A stretch of DNA of 55,369 nucleotides, filler included, from Platydemus manokwari (GCA_037951405.1; 4 parts of 4 records of this genome joined end to end with filler, not necessarily neighbours in it), one strand, 5' to 3'. Numbered from the whole stretch's first letter, positions 25,652 through 38,776 are shown. Numbers and translations: made by a program. The notes: a model not told the origin generated them from the sequence alone.

Positions 25652-27080
25652 AAATTATGAAGTTTTATATCCGGAGTCCAGATTTCTTGAGGAAATATGC
25701 GAATCTGTTTTATACCACTGAAGTTGGCAGGGTCCCATTGAAGAAGAATATCTCTCCAAGCCTGAAATCATTTCAAAAACGTTTATAATGGAAATAAATT
25801 ATATATTCTGTAATAAATCTTTTCATGTTTAGATTTAAGAGCGAAAACTCTAGCAATTATTCACTATGATTGGAGTTATTAAAAATTAATTTTACTATGA
25901 TTTGTCCAGAATTTCGTAATTTTCATAAATTATAATTAATATTTCCCAATATATTAACAGTAAATTATATTTTTCCAACTATGAACCTAGATGGCATCTT
26001 TCATAGTTTAACTATATTGGTTTTATGCGATACAATACAATCCAATAATTTTAATAAGTTTTAATTCCATACTTTTTGATTTAATTTTTTAATGAATAAC
26101 TTATATTTTTATTTCTGAAATTTTTATCTTGAAATTAAAGAGGACAATTCTAATTTTTCCAAGTCTAACAAAAAGAAATTTTAATGACAAAAACAAATTC
26201 AGATCATAGTCTGTAATTTAAACTTCACAAATATAGAGCTGAAAGAAGTGCTCTTGAAATTAATTAGACGACTGACATTATCTGAAAAACAAATTTACGA
26301 ATAATAAGAATATTTGATCGATAAGATTCAATGGGTATGTGTCCCTTAAAATTTATAATATTGCAGTGATTCCGATGTATGTATTATATAGCAAATATTA
26401 TTCTGAATTTGATGAAGGAATTCATAAGTGGATTATATTATATTTCAATATTATATTTAATAAGAGATTAAAAGACTTTAATATGTTCTTGAAAGAAAAT
26501 GATAAACATTCTCTGCTCAAAAATACGAAAGCACATATTTGTGTTTGCCGATAATCTCATTTGCGCTTCTTTATATCCATAATTGAATTTTCGTTTATAT
26601 TATATCCAAAATTTTAATGATTTTTTCAGCTAATCCACTTGGAAATTATTGTTGAATAGAGAAATTCAGCACCACAAGTTTCACTTAATAATTTCACTAA
26701 CTTTATGAACTGTCAGAGACGGACAAATAAATTTCTGGCTATAAAATGAGCATAAATCGAACATTAAAGTGCTTACATAACGAGACCAGCAATTTGTTCT
26801 GAGAATTTGCTTATTTTCTTCTAAACCTAATATCTGAATTAGAGCAAGGCCATATTTAACAACGATTAGGTTGTCACTCTGATTCACAGGACGTCCTATC
26901 ACACCAAACTTTTTGTAACGAGTCAATAAATTTCGAATAAGGTTTTTCTCCACAGATTTATATTTCTTATTGATACGAGCTAGATATATAAATAGGTAAT
27001 AAGTTAAGTAGATTAGTTTGTTAACCGAAGATATACTTAAATACAATTGATAAATTTTTATTAGATGGGTGTCTTTTCAT
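25652..27080 (-). CDS. Nicotinic acetylcholine receptor (Cys-loop channel) subunit, N-terminal exons only
   Basis: Exon 26979-26777: RINKKYKSVEKNLIRNLLTRYKKFGVIGRPVNQSDNLIVVKYGLALIQILGLEENKQILRTNCWSRY. 110-bp exon 25761-25652: AWRDILLQWDPANFSGIKQIRIFPQEIWTPDIKLHNF (loop A WxPDI). GT-AG sites are in phase. A tentative upstream exon 27080-27026 joins through a 46-bp intron. Cys-loop and TM exons were not found in this window. Confidence 0.92.
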
Positions 27081-27719
27081 GAAATAAATTGTCGAATATT
27101 CATTCTCTATTTGTATTGATTATATTTTATTATGTGCTAATAAAATAGATTTAACCTTTGGTTTTTTACAAAAAGAATATTACTATGACACCTATGGTTA
27201 AATATGGGTGGCTGATTGACAAAAGTAAAATAACTGCTTACAAAAGCACTAAAACAGTAAAGGATATATTAACAGTTCTTGTGACAAAAACCACTGGTAG
27301 TTACAGGTCAGTTGGAGATTTTTCATTTATTGTATTTAGTAATAAATTAATTTTTAATCATTTTAATTTACATTTATTAGTATTAATGTAAACTACTATT
27401 GTCTAAGAATCCAATAAGCCTCTGTGATAAGCATATTTGAACCTGTGAAAACTGATATTAGTTGTATGCATTTTCAACATGCTAGAGATGGTGTAATTGA
27501 AGATAAATTTTCCGAAGCTTCAAAATATGAAGGAACTTCAATAGTTTTTTGTAATATTTTTTATCATGTTTGAGTAACTTTCTTAATATGTTTAAATGCG
27601 TTTTGGATAATTTTAACATGCTCTCTTTAAATAACTTCAAAGTTTTTTATAGAATTTGCTAGGAATTTCAATGATTTAATCGATAAACTAAATTGTTACA
27701 TAAATAACAAAACGTTATT

Positions 27720-27819
27720 NNNNNNNNNNNNNNNNNNNNNNNNNNNNNNNNNNNNNNNNNNNNTTAATTAATTAANNNNNNNNNNNNNNNNNNNNNNNNN
27801 NNNNNNNNNNNNNNNNNNN
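27720..27819. other. Artificial contig linker
   Basis: 44N + TTAATTAATTAA + 44N. Confidence 0.97.
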
Positions 27820-28379
27820 GCTGATCGTTTTTCGAATGACCTTGAGGTCGAAACTATAATTTAGCTATTTGGAGCAGTCAAACAAATATAATTTTTTGAT
27901 TTATTAAAACATATTTCTCCTTAAATAATTTTTAGATAAATTTATAATGATTTGCCATTATTGTTTTAAAATTGGGGCTTATTTAAAAAAACATTTTTTA
28001 TATCTATATATTTTTGTTTTTGATTATTTGGTTGGGTCAAAATGGCCCTGTTAGTTCCCCACATATGGAGCTTTTATAATGCATGATTCGCAAGAATGTA
28101 TTTGGGGTCTTATTTTTTATTATTATGACTTAATGTAAAGTGAACGTAAAGAATTATTTTAGATTTATTATAAGTACTAGTTGATATTATGAAGTTAGTG
28201 TGTTACTATTCATTTGTAGTATTTCAGAACAACTGTGTTGATCTTGTATTTGCTGTTCAAACTGTACAAGTTGAGCACGTTATTCTTCATAACTATAGTT
28301 TTGTGCTGTATAAACGTTTTATTGCACAAGATTTTTTGGTTGATAACCAGTTGAGAGGTAGGACATGGACTTCCTATAT

Positions 28380-29200
28380 GACCAAATTTTCTGCATCTGA
28401 AGCATTTGATTTTTCCTTTACGTTATCATTTTTAGTTTCATTTGATATATTGGATAGACAGAAGGATCCGATGTGACCTAGTTTGCCACATTTAGCAGAT
28501 ATTTAATTTGAAAATTTGGTTTTAAAGTGGATTTATCAATTTATTACATTGTTATCCATGTCGTCTGTAAATTTAAATTAGTTAGTTCGATGTTCTGTGT
28601 GGAGGCATAATTGACAGTGTATATTTCCTTTATTATTATTATTACTATAATCGTTGGAAAATCTTTTACTACTATATTATTGTTATTGTTGGCTTTTTGT
28701 CAGCTATTATTTAGTTGCTATAGCTAACAGGTTATAACCTTAAGTGGATTCAGTAAATCGAGCTTCGTATATTAATTGTTCAAATTCATCTTATATATGT
28801 AGACTCATTATGGTTTTTATATTTTGTCGTAATCCATTCCTAAATCGGTCTTTGACCATAGCTCATCTATCTTTATCCCGTCCAGCTCGTGATCCGAATG
28901 CTCTTTCTGCTAATATGGTTAGTTGGTGTGCAAATTCATCTGTATTTTCGATTATTAAATTGTTGGTGGTAGATGGACTTGTCAAAAAGCTTGTATAAAA
29001 TCATTCCAATTTTGAGTTGATACGACTCGATTCATGATTCTATATTATTGGTCTCTCTAGAAACGTCGAATAAATTATTAGTTTCCTTATTATTTGTATT
29101 TCTATTAAGTTAAATGTCTCAGAAATTTGGTAGTATTCCATCATAAATTCATGGAATCTACCTGGTTCGCCATTATAAGAAGTGATACTCGTTTTATTAT
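28380..29200 (-). mobile_element. Decayed Gypsy gag with zinc knuckle
   Basis: Minus strand: NTDEFAHQLTILAERAFG...MVKDRFRNGLRQNIK (capsid) and KCGKLGHIGSFC (CCHC knuckle, about 28460-28500). Confidence 0.75.
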
Positions 29201-30639
29201 TTGGATTCGTATTTAGTATAATATATGTAATATTTAGAGTGGCGTTTATTCAAATCATCATTTTAAATTTCATTTGATTGTACATTAGGTACATTTATGT
29301 TAAGTTGTTTCATTTTTATATATATTTAATTAAGCATTGTACTCTAATTTCTGATTATCATGTCGGATTGCACAACTAGTGATATGTTTTCGATGCATTA
29401 TGATTTTTACTCTACATTTATGAATCCAAAGAAGCTCAATAAATATCTAAAAATTAATCAGATTTTATAATTGAAATCTTGTTGATGAGATACTATTGCT
29501 AATTATTTTTAAAAATCGATGTCCAGCGAGTGCCTTAACTATTTAGTAAATTTAGCACCTTAAAATATAAATAAGATCAGAAAATAAATAATAAATATTG
29601 CAAGAAAATATAATTGATAAATTTAGAGTCTACAATATGATACAATATATAAAATTATTAAATTTTTAAATAATAAATAACTATGGCTTTATTTTAGATA
29701 ATTAACTTAAATTATTATATAAAATGATATTGATTGATAAATATTAAAATTGTCTCATACTTTGGGTGTAAGAGCATTGTTTTTATAGCTTCGTTGATGG
29801 TTTGACCTAGAAGTCCCAGCAACCACTTTATTACTTTGATATTACGCTGCGTATTATTGATTAATTAACATTGGATTGGACTGGATCTAAGCCAAATAAA
29901 TTATTAAATATTGAAAATCATTAGATTGATGATAACGATTAATATTAAATTCATTAAAATTGAAATCGTAAAATAAAGAAATAAATTACTTTCGGTGAAA
30001 ATTGCACAATTGAAGTTAATTCTTGACACAATAAACTTTTTGTAATGAAATTACAATGTTACAACTTTTTTGATTTTAACTTTCACTGCTATTTTTCGAT
30101 TTTAATATTTTGATAATACCATTTTTAGGTTTTATTAATAATGTTATTGTTAATAGAAATGCGAAATTAATTTTCCTTCATTTCAGATAAAATAACAATT
30201 GTATTACAGAAACTTTTATATGTTGTGCCTAGCCAAAGAAAGAACAAATAAAAACGTTTAAAGTAGATATAAGAATGAATATTGGTATTGAAATTTTTAG
30301 CCTTTTTATTGATTTCCATTGTATTATCCATAATTATTTAATAAATTATTGATTTTATATTATATTGTGATAAATTAAATATGTATTATAACGTTTTATC
30401 TTGTTTCTGTTGATCTGATAATTGATAGCGTGCATTTGAATGAATTCAGATTCGTTATTTTAGGTAAAATTTCTCTATTGAGATGTCAGAAAATTTTCAT
30501 TTTATCAACTAATTTGAAAACAAATTTGACTTTAATTTAAAAAAAATACGAATTTAAGGATCCATCCTAGCCATCTGAGTAACTAAATAATCACAAACAA
30601 TAAATTTCAAAAAGTGTTTGAAATAAAATAGAAACAAAT

Positions 30640-31885
30640 TTAAATTTAAAAGAATTTATTGGGTTAAGAAAAGAGTTTTATTTAGTTATGAACGAATGAA
30701 GGCATTTATTCTGATGAATATATGACTTATTATGCAACATTAAATGAAACTAGATTACTGCCAATAGAATGTTTTTATTCTAAATTAAATTTAAGAGAAA
30801 TAACAGAAGAAGAATATCGAAGAGCTCAAAATATTTGGAATAAATTCGATTATAGAACATTATAGGGTTGTACAATCTGATATTTAAATATTTTGGCTGA
30901 AAAATAGAATCTTTCAGAACAAATTATATAAATAAAATTTAATGTAGATCCAACTCATTATGTTTTTGCTCCATCTTTTTTAACATGGGAATCAGGTTTA
31001 AAAGAAACTAATATTGATATGGAATTATTAACTGATCAAACATTGTGTGTAATTATGAAACAAGGAATTAGAGGTGAAACTTCATCAGTAATGAGTAAAC
31101 AATATCTTAAAGCAAATAATAAATCTACTAATGAAGATATAGAATGTTATTATTATCCAGAAGAAAATGAATTTTAAGGCGTAATAGAAGAATTTAACAA
31201 ATGTGAAAAGGAAACTAATTAAATACCAAATAAATCTTTGCTTTGCCATGCCCACGAAGTTAAATCTTTAGATTTAAGTAAATATTTTGAAAAGAATTAT
31301 TTAATGTATATTAATGCTAATGATTTATATGAATGAGTAATAAGCAAATCATCACCTTATAAAATTTTTAAATGAATTGATCAAGATCAAATAGATAAAT
31401 TAAATGAAAATTTGAAAAAGTTTGAATCATTACTAAAACGAATGCCACATAATTCAAAGCAAAAAATGATCTTACAGGTTGATCTTGAATATACAAATGA
31501 ATGTAAAAAACAAACAATAGATTTCCCTTTAGCTCCAGAGAAAAAGAAGGTTAGTTTCGGAAATTTTTAGTGATAAACAAATAGAACAAATTAAGAAAGA
31601 AAAAATTTCTTTGTCAGAATTATTAATTTGTTATCAAACAGATAAAAAATTATGTTGTTCATTAAAGAAATTTACAATTTTATTTGAAAATGAGGATAAA
31701 AATAATAAGAATAAATATAATAATAATGTGTTTTCAAAAAGAATGGCTTAAACAAAATATTCAATCAAATACAAATCTAAGAACAAATGATACAAGTGAG
31801 TTTAAAAATGATATCTGGGAATTAATGAATAATGTCTTCTTTTGGAAACAATGAAGAATATAAGGAAACGTGAAAATATTAAATG
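30640..31885 (+). mobile_element. Polinton/Maverick-type protein-primed DNA polymerase B pseudogene
   Basis: Collinear motifs with stops and frameshifts: GIYSDEYM..LNETRLLPIECFYSKLN, EEEYRRAQNIWNKF, DPTHY..APS, MELLTD...GIRG, KANNK, YLMYINANDLY (motif A), ILQVDLEY, DFPLAPEK, KNDIWELMNN (motif B), NIRKR. Confidence 0.9.
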
Positions 31886-31919
31886 AATTTATTTAAACGA
31901 ATATATTTTACATATAATG

Positions 31920-33000
31920 CGTTCATAGCAAATTTCCTTTCCATTTCTTCAGACATTCAATCAGTTCTTATTGGTTATATGAATAACTCTATTACATATG
32001 ATCTTTGGTATTTAAAATCATTCTTCGGTGTTTAGAGAGGATTCTTACGCAACATTAATTTGTCTCACACATTGGAAATTCTGTTTCCCATATTCCAGTT
32101 TTCTCTTAAGAGTTCTTTAAGAATGTCTAAGAATTGTATTTAATATATTTTATTCAAAGTGTACATTTATTTTACTACTAAAAGCTGTTTCAAATATTTA
32201 ACGCTTCGTAATGTTAGATGAGTAGACTTTAAATTTGACTTATGTTGATAGCGAACTCAATTCTTTGTTTAATAGTATCAGTATTGTCCCTATTCTTCAT
32301 TGTGAATGTAAAGGATTCTTTTACCTGATTTCTGTCAAGTAACTTGTAATATGACATTTTCCGAAATCATGACCGTCGTAAAGATAAACTAAGGATTTTT
32401 TTCTAAGTTGACACTGATCACTAAAATGAAAATATCCTGTCTTACCACGTTAATAGCAATTAGTAACTAGTAAACTTTCGTATTTATTCTAGTCAACATC
32501 CCTTATTATAAAGCTTTCTGATAATGTGCTTCATATAATAAACTAGTTATTCTTACCTGTATATTGTAAGTTACTTTTCTGCAATAGGTTCCGGATTGGA
32601 TTACTTTTCTTGTAAGTATTTATATGATTTCTTGAGATTAATTCCTTGATTAATCCTTTTCTTTTACATTAAGCTTATTGGTGAAATTTCTTTTCTGCAC
32701 TCATTTTTGTTTTTATTTTGTTTAACCGCTTCTAAGTACCTGACTCTGAATCTCTATTAAAAGTGAGTCTTTTAGTCCGAAATTTCTTATTGTTTTACGT
32801 TTGTTAGTTCCACTATTGTTTAGGTTTTTTATTTTTTTATATTAAAGTTTCCCTAAACCATATTTTTGCATTCTTTTCGGCCGGTCCTTCTGCATCGAAG
32901 ATTTTCCACCGATTAAGTTTTAATTATTTAAAACCAAACTAATCTTCAATATTTTTGATCCACTAATGCCTCTAATGAATTACGTCCAAATGTATTTTCT
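31920..33000 (-). mobile_element. Decayed Gypsy gag-pro remnant
   Basis: Minus-strand LRCRRTGRKECK (degenerate knuckle, about 32870-32905) and ILNTKDH...MSEEMERK (pre-RT region). Many stops. Confidence 0.4.
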
Positions 33001-33118
33001 GATATTGAAATTTAAAGATTCTCATGTCCTTTTTTATAAAACTTTCAATAAGAACTGTTATTGGTTTCTTGTTGTATTGATCGATTCGGCGCGCTAACCA
33101 GTTACACTTGCAAATGTC

Positions 33119-33168
33119 ACACAATCACACACACACGTATATATATGTGTGTGTGTGTGTGATTGTGT
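33119..33168. repeat. Perfect 18-bp inverted repeat built on (CA)n/(TG)n with a (TA)n loop
   Basis: ACACAATCACACACACAC (33119-33136), 14-nt loop, GTGTGTGTGTGATTGTGT (33151-33168). Confidence 0.9.
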
Positions 33169-34243
33169 CATTTTAAAATATCATGAATAACGCTTGTCTT
33201 ACTTTCCGAAATTGATGGTTTATTCTTAATCTTTTATAAAGTAACTTTTAATAAAAGCTTAAAATTATCGAAAAAGTATTATTATAGTATGCTCAGTGCT
33301 CCAGATGCACCATATAATTTCCAATAAGACTTCTATTTTCTACATTATTAATCACAAAAATATATTTTAATCTTTGTAAATGTGTATTACCTAAAATTTT
33401 TATAATAGATATTTTTAATTATTTCATCTCAGAATTACAACTTCTCTTTTTGCTATTCAGAATTTGAATAATTTAATAAACCAAATTTCTTTATGCCACT
33501 CACTTGAAGAGATATTTTTCTTTTCATAAGAAAGGCTGTTCAGAATATCAAAGTATAAACTTCTAGGATGAGGGATTAACTCATAAAAATATCTAATAAA
33601 AATATTTTCCAAAAGATTCTTCCAATGGTTTCATTAAAATTATTTCAAAATTTTGTCGATGTTTGTCGATAGATTACATCAGTATGATTTGATAATTTAA
33701 TTTTCGTTAAGATTGTTATTTGGATTTATTGCTTCCATTTCCGTTAAATAATTATCAAATCTGACATAATAACTAGCGGAAATATTGATATATCGAATAT
33801 TAAAAAATTGATATTCTTTAATATCATGCATTACGTTTATTATAATCATATTATTGATAACTCCATCAAAACACCTGAAAGTTGGAAGTTTTAAAATAGA
33901 ATAAAAATGCTTTGAAGTATTTTTATAAATGATTTAATTAAACAATTTATGCTATTTATAAGTTTCAAAAGTATGTTTATATATTATTTATGAAAATTTT
34001 ATTGGAGATACCCAGAGGTTTTGTATTCAATTTATGATTTGTGCTAATATTATACTTCTCCATAAGCTTATAATGGATTTATTGTTTTATAAAGCCTAAA
34101 AAGGTAAAGAAAACTGGTGTAGTAATTCTAAAATGTTTTTTTTATAGTGGTTTGTCTTTTTTAGTGATATTTCAGTACTTAGATATAACAATTAACTTTT
34201 ATTTAAATTGACTTTTTATACCAATAATATAATTTTGATATAG

Positions 34244-34645
34244 TTGGCCAAAGATCTTACATTGGACATTACTATGAGTGGATGGATGTACAAAACCGGT
34301 TCCCAATTAACAGAACAATGGCAAAAACGATGGTGTGTACTACTTGGTCGGCGTTTATTATATTCATCTGACCCATTATCTCCTTGTGGCAAAGGTGAAA
34401 TTGTTATTGGTGAACGAACCAAAGGTTATGGAGCATCATTGACTGCACCACCGAACTCGAGGAGTCTGTCATCCGACCAAACTCCATTAACTATTAGTAC
34501 TCCTTCAAGAGAATATCTTTTTGCTGTAGATAGCGAAGGTGATATTGCAGACAAATGGCTGACGTACATCAATAAATTAGCAGATACGGAAATGTCTATT
34601 CGGGAAATGGCAGATTATCAATTGCATCCAAAATCACGACGTTAA
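34244..34645 (+). CDS. ADAP: Terminal exon of an ArfGAP with dual PH domains (centaurin-alpha/ADAP) homolog, second PH domain
   Basis: Acceptor ttttgatatag| at 34243. SGWMYKTGSQLTEQWQKRWCVLLGRRLLYSSDPLSPCGKGEIVIGERTKGY...ISTPSREYLFA parallels ADAP1 EGYMEKTGPKQTEGFRKRWFTMDDRRLMYFKDPLDAFARGEVFIGSKESGY...IVTPDRKFLFA. Ends at a stop after a short basic tail. Confidence 0.88.
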   Translation: MAKDLTLDITMSGWMYKTGSQLTEQWQKRWCVLLGRRLLYSSDPLSPCGKGEIVIGERTKGYGASLTAPPNSRSLSSDQTPLTISTPSREYLFAVDSEGDIADKWLTYINKLADTEMSIREMADYQLHPKSRR

Positions 34646-35806
34646 ACAAACATTTTTATTTTGTCATTTTATTAGCTTTTTGTTTTATTGAATTTGAAAA
34701 ATTATTATTATGATGTGTAAACTGTTTCGATTGGATATCAGAATGATATGCTGTTATGATTTTTAATGAAATTGTCTAAATTTATCAGGTTAATTATGAA
34801 TAGATTGGTTTATTTTATTGTAACAAATGATATATTATTGAGCTGCTTGGTATGTGATAAATAACTAGAATGTCGATATACCAATTATGAGTATCTATTT
34901 TGTGATGATTTTATAGTGATGAATAATGTTAGAGTGCATTATTTTATCAATGCAAATTTATAAAATTCTTTTTAAATTTAATTTATTATATTCTTAAGTT
35001 CCCAAATTACAGTTTTTACGAATCTATGTCTTCATGTTTCCGAGATAAAAACTCAAAAATAGTAATCGAATTTTATTGTTTAATATACAATTCGATTCAT
35101 TCAATCAAGATTGCAGAGTTGCGTTTTTTATTAAGTGTTCTAGGGACTCTAATTTTTTAAATAAAATAAATTTAATTCATTATGAAGGAATATTTAAATA
35201 CCACAAACGAAACTTATAATGCAATTAATAAGAAAATCGATAATTTAGTTGTAACAAGTATGTTTATTTGTTTAAGTAGGGCTGTTGTTATGAAGTACTG
35301 TACATCTATTTAAATTTTGTAAGTATGTCTAATTCAACTAATTCTATCAACTGTATCGATCTATCGAAACTTCCTGCATTGTTTATAAATATTTATTTAC
35401 ACAATATTCTGCTATTGTTTAATTTTTCAAATATACTTATTGTTGCTTTGCATCTAAGTATTGATTTAGATTCCGATATTTGACTTTACCTATGTAAAAC
35501 GTGTGAAGTTCTTATTGAATAATATGAAGTCAACTATAAATAATCTTATGAAATCATCATAATGGTATTGAATAAAATGTAAAAAAATTTCATTATTCCG
35601 TAAAATAAAAAACTATCAATGTCTAACCATGTTTTTTCTGGGCAATGTTTAAATGTGGTGTAAAATTGTAACATATTGGTGATGTTTAATAATGAATTTG
35701 AATTGTAATTGAAATGTAACAACTGACAATCAACATGCAATCTAACAAACATACATAAACATTATGCATGCCACATCACATTTCCATTTACGAATGTCCC
35801 TTACAA

Positions 35807-36448
35807 CAGAGATGCGAAAACTTTTTAAAATGCACCTCCATTTTTATTATAATAGCTATGGGCGCCTTTTAAAGGGTGCTTTTCAAGTCTTTTGAAGAAA
35901 TAAAATTTCTTTTATGACATGTTCAGGATGTTTGGTGTTTAGATGTCGCTTGAGCTTCGGTGGCTTTAAACTATCATTTGCCAAAATATCGGAACAAATT
36001 ACACAAATCGGCCGTTGTTTATTATTGACCATGGTATATGAAAACCCCAAATTAAGAAATTCGTCGTTATATATTCGCTTTCTGATGCTCAATGCTTTTT
36101 TATTGTACGATTATTTATTTTTGAATCTTCTTTTTCTTGCAAATTTTTCACAGAGCTGCTCGCATTCTCTACCTGTAATTATAGACCTGAAGTTGCTGAA
36201 TTTTTTGCATCACTTTTCATTAATCATTTATCCATTTTCCTGGGTATGAAATTTTTATAAATCTGCTTGTTTCAATATTATTAAAACAACAGTAATTAAA
36301 TGAAAAGTTTAATCTATTCAAGACATTACTTTCAACAAAACAAATATTCTAACAACTAAATTTTATTTTAGAATTAAAAATTTTAGGTGCCTCCTATATA
36401 ATGTTTCACGCCCTTCTTAAAGGGCGCCCTCCTAGTTTGCGTCCCCTA
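35807..36448 (-). mobile_element. Internally deleted hAT (Charlie/Buster-like) transposon retaining the BED finger
   Basis: ORF 35883-36092 has RIYNDEFLNLGF...PICVICSDILANDSLKPPKLKRHLNTKHP (C2H2 BED, ZBED5/SCAND3-like). Degenerate TIRs CAGAGATGCGAAAACT / TAGGGGACGCAAACT; 8-bp TSD CCTTACAA / CCTTACTA. Confidence 0.88.
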
Positions 36449-38776
36449 CCTTACTAAGCTCCCTGCAAGAACTAGTTCTTTATAAATTTAAAAATTGTTG
36501 AGAGACGTCATTATCAATGTTCAAGGAATTTATATGTATTTATTTTCTCATTGATATAGTATTCGTAAATTCTAAGAATGAAAATGAAACAATTAAAGTT
36601 ATAATAATTAAGCTCATGAGTAAACATATATAGAATAGAGGCCTCGGACAGAGTAAACACAGTAATTTGACTTATCAGAAACTCATCACAAAATACTTTA
36701 GTAATTAATCGCCAAAGCATAGGATTAAATAACTACTCATCAGTGAAGAACTAAGAACAAAAATCATGAAAAACGTAAGTAATTTGACATTGTAAAGTCA
36801 GTTTGTATATTCCTTTATAGTTTTCAGTACTTTTTCTCCAAAAGGGAATCTATATAATCGGTAGACATCTCGCCATATTTAACTTGAATTGCTTTTGTTT
36901 TGATAAACTTAATATATTTTTGTATTGACGCTTCGGTTTTTTATTCAGTAAAAAAAATTTATTTTGATCTAGTTTTCACAACAGGAATATCAGGACACAA
37001 TAAATAGTGTTACATAGATTTGTTTTATCTATAACCATATTCATCTCTGTGGAGCTTTCACGATATCTTAACAAACTGTTAATAAACTCCAATAATACTT
37101 ATTTTCCGCTAATACGCCATCGCAAGGATTAGCAAAACACTGGTAGGAGAAAACCAGATACCGGGAACATTGAATGGGTTAATATTAATTTATATTTATG
37201 AGAGAACTTATATTTTATTAATCAAACATCAAAATACGTTATCAAATTTAAAATCAAGTTATGGTAAAAATTTCAAGTAAAAAATAACTCATTGAAATCA
37301 TTCGATATTTTATTTCCGAAAAAATTAGAGATTAAATTTATCGAATCATTGATAAGTTTCAGAATAATATTACAGAAATGAATAATTTTTTCGAAAGAAT
37401 TTTTATACAAATAAATTCCCGGTTGTTGGTTTAAATTCCTATATTCAACTGATCTATGTTTATGAATCAAGAATATACCCAGTTCGTCTCAATTACTAAC
37501 TAGTTGCACCGAAATGCAAAATCTGTGCATGCCTGTGTGATTAATTTAGTTTTTCATTATTTAGCAATTGGTAGATTAAATTTCGGCACGGAATTACAAT
37601 TGAAATTTTTAAAGATATTTTTTAATAATTTTGAATCAAATTCCCTGAGATTATGAAAATTTATAAGCATTGAAAATTGTAATTGAATTTAACAATTGCT
37701 TATTGTTTGAAAGGAGAAAGAAATCGTGGATAAAAGATCCAATTTATTTATTTCGAGACAATAATTTAGTTCTCTGAACTATTCTGCTTATCTATAAGAA
37801 GGAGACTTGTAAAAATTCACAGAGCTTGCACTAATTAGACACTACCAAAAACTAAAATTTAAGAAAGGGTCTTTTGATCGGATCCAAAATTTAGTTATCT
37901 CATGTTTCTGTTTACAGAAGAATATTGAATTTATCATGTAATTGCCTCACTCCTTTGTCATCCTTTCTTGTATCTGATATTTGTGTAAATTTAATTTCTC
38001 AAATCAGATATAAGTAGATGATTACATTTAAAATGAAATTATAATTCGATATTAGAAAATAATGATTATAATAAAAGTTTCATGGGTAATCATAAGATCT
38101 ATTCAACGTTATTTCCTTGTTTCTTCCAATAGTCCATCATTTATATTGATCATTTCATTTTTTCTCGTTTTTTCAGTCACATCTTAAAAGGTCTACCAAG
38201 TCCGATAATGGAGGAGATGAAAAGACCCCCACCGGAACCCAACAGATATCAGTCAACAGTAGCTCCACACAAAGTGAGAGAATAGGATGCTCAGTATCCG
38301 GAGACATGAACAATTCCAACTTGCAGTTTATACTCGGAATCTCACAATTGAACCACTCCATGCAAACCCCGATGAAACAAACGGTTACCGAGGACAAAAC
38401 AATTCCTACCCACCGTCCTAAATCGGATCCCCCAGGCGAATATCTTTAGGCCAACTTCAACTCCACAATCCATAAACAGGGACAATAACAATTTAAACAT
38501 AACGTTTAGATTCGGACCTCCAATAACAAATAATTCAAAGCACAGGAAAATGGAAGAATAGTACAACCATTAGGGATCCCAGGAACAAATAACTCAAAGA
38601 TAACTCCGAGGACAAAAATAATTCCAACACATCTTTTAAGTTCGAGATCCCAGAAAACAGTAATTTGAAAAAAGAGCCAAAAAATCTGACTCCGAAAGGA
38701 CATGAAACCATTAACCCTTACGAAGATTATGATCCGACTCACCGATCAAAGAAAAATCGATTCATTTTTTATTCAT

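Noticed and set aside
32588-32611. Possible 24-nt exon (VPDWITFL) resembling ADAP IVDWFNAL
   Set aside because: Lies within an antisense Gypsy relic and is too short to distinguish from chance.
34095-34103. Possible 9-nt micro-exon (AG|CCTAAAAAG|GTAAAG) upstream of the ADAP exon
   Set aside because: Phase-compatible, but such sites are common in AT-rich DNA and there is no homology support.
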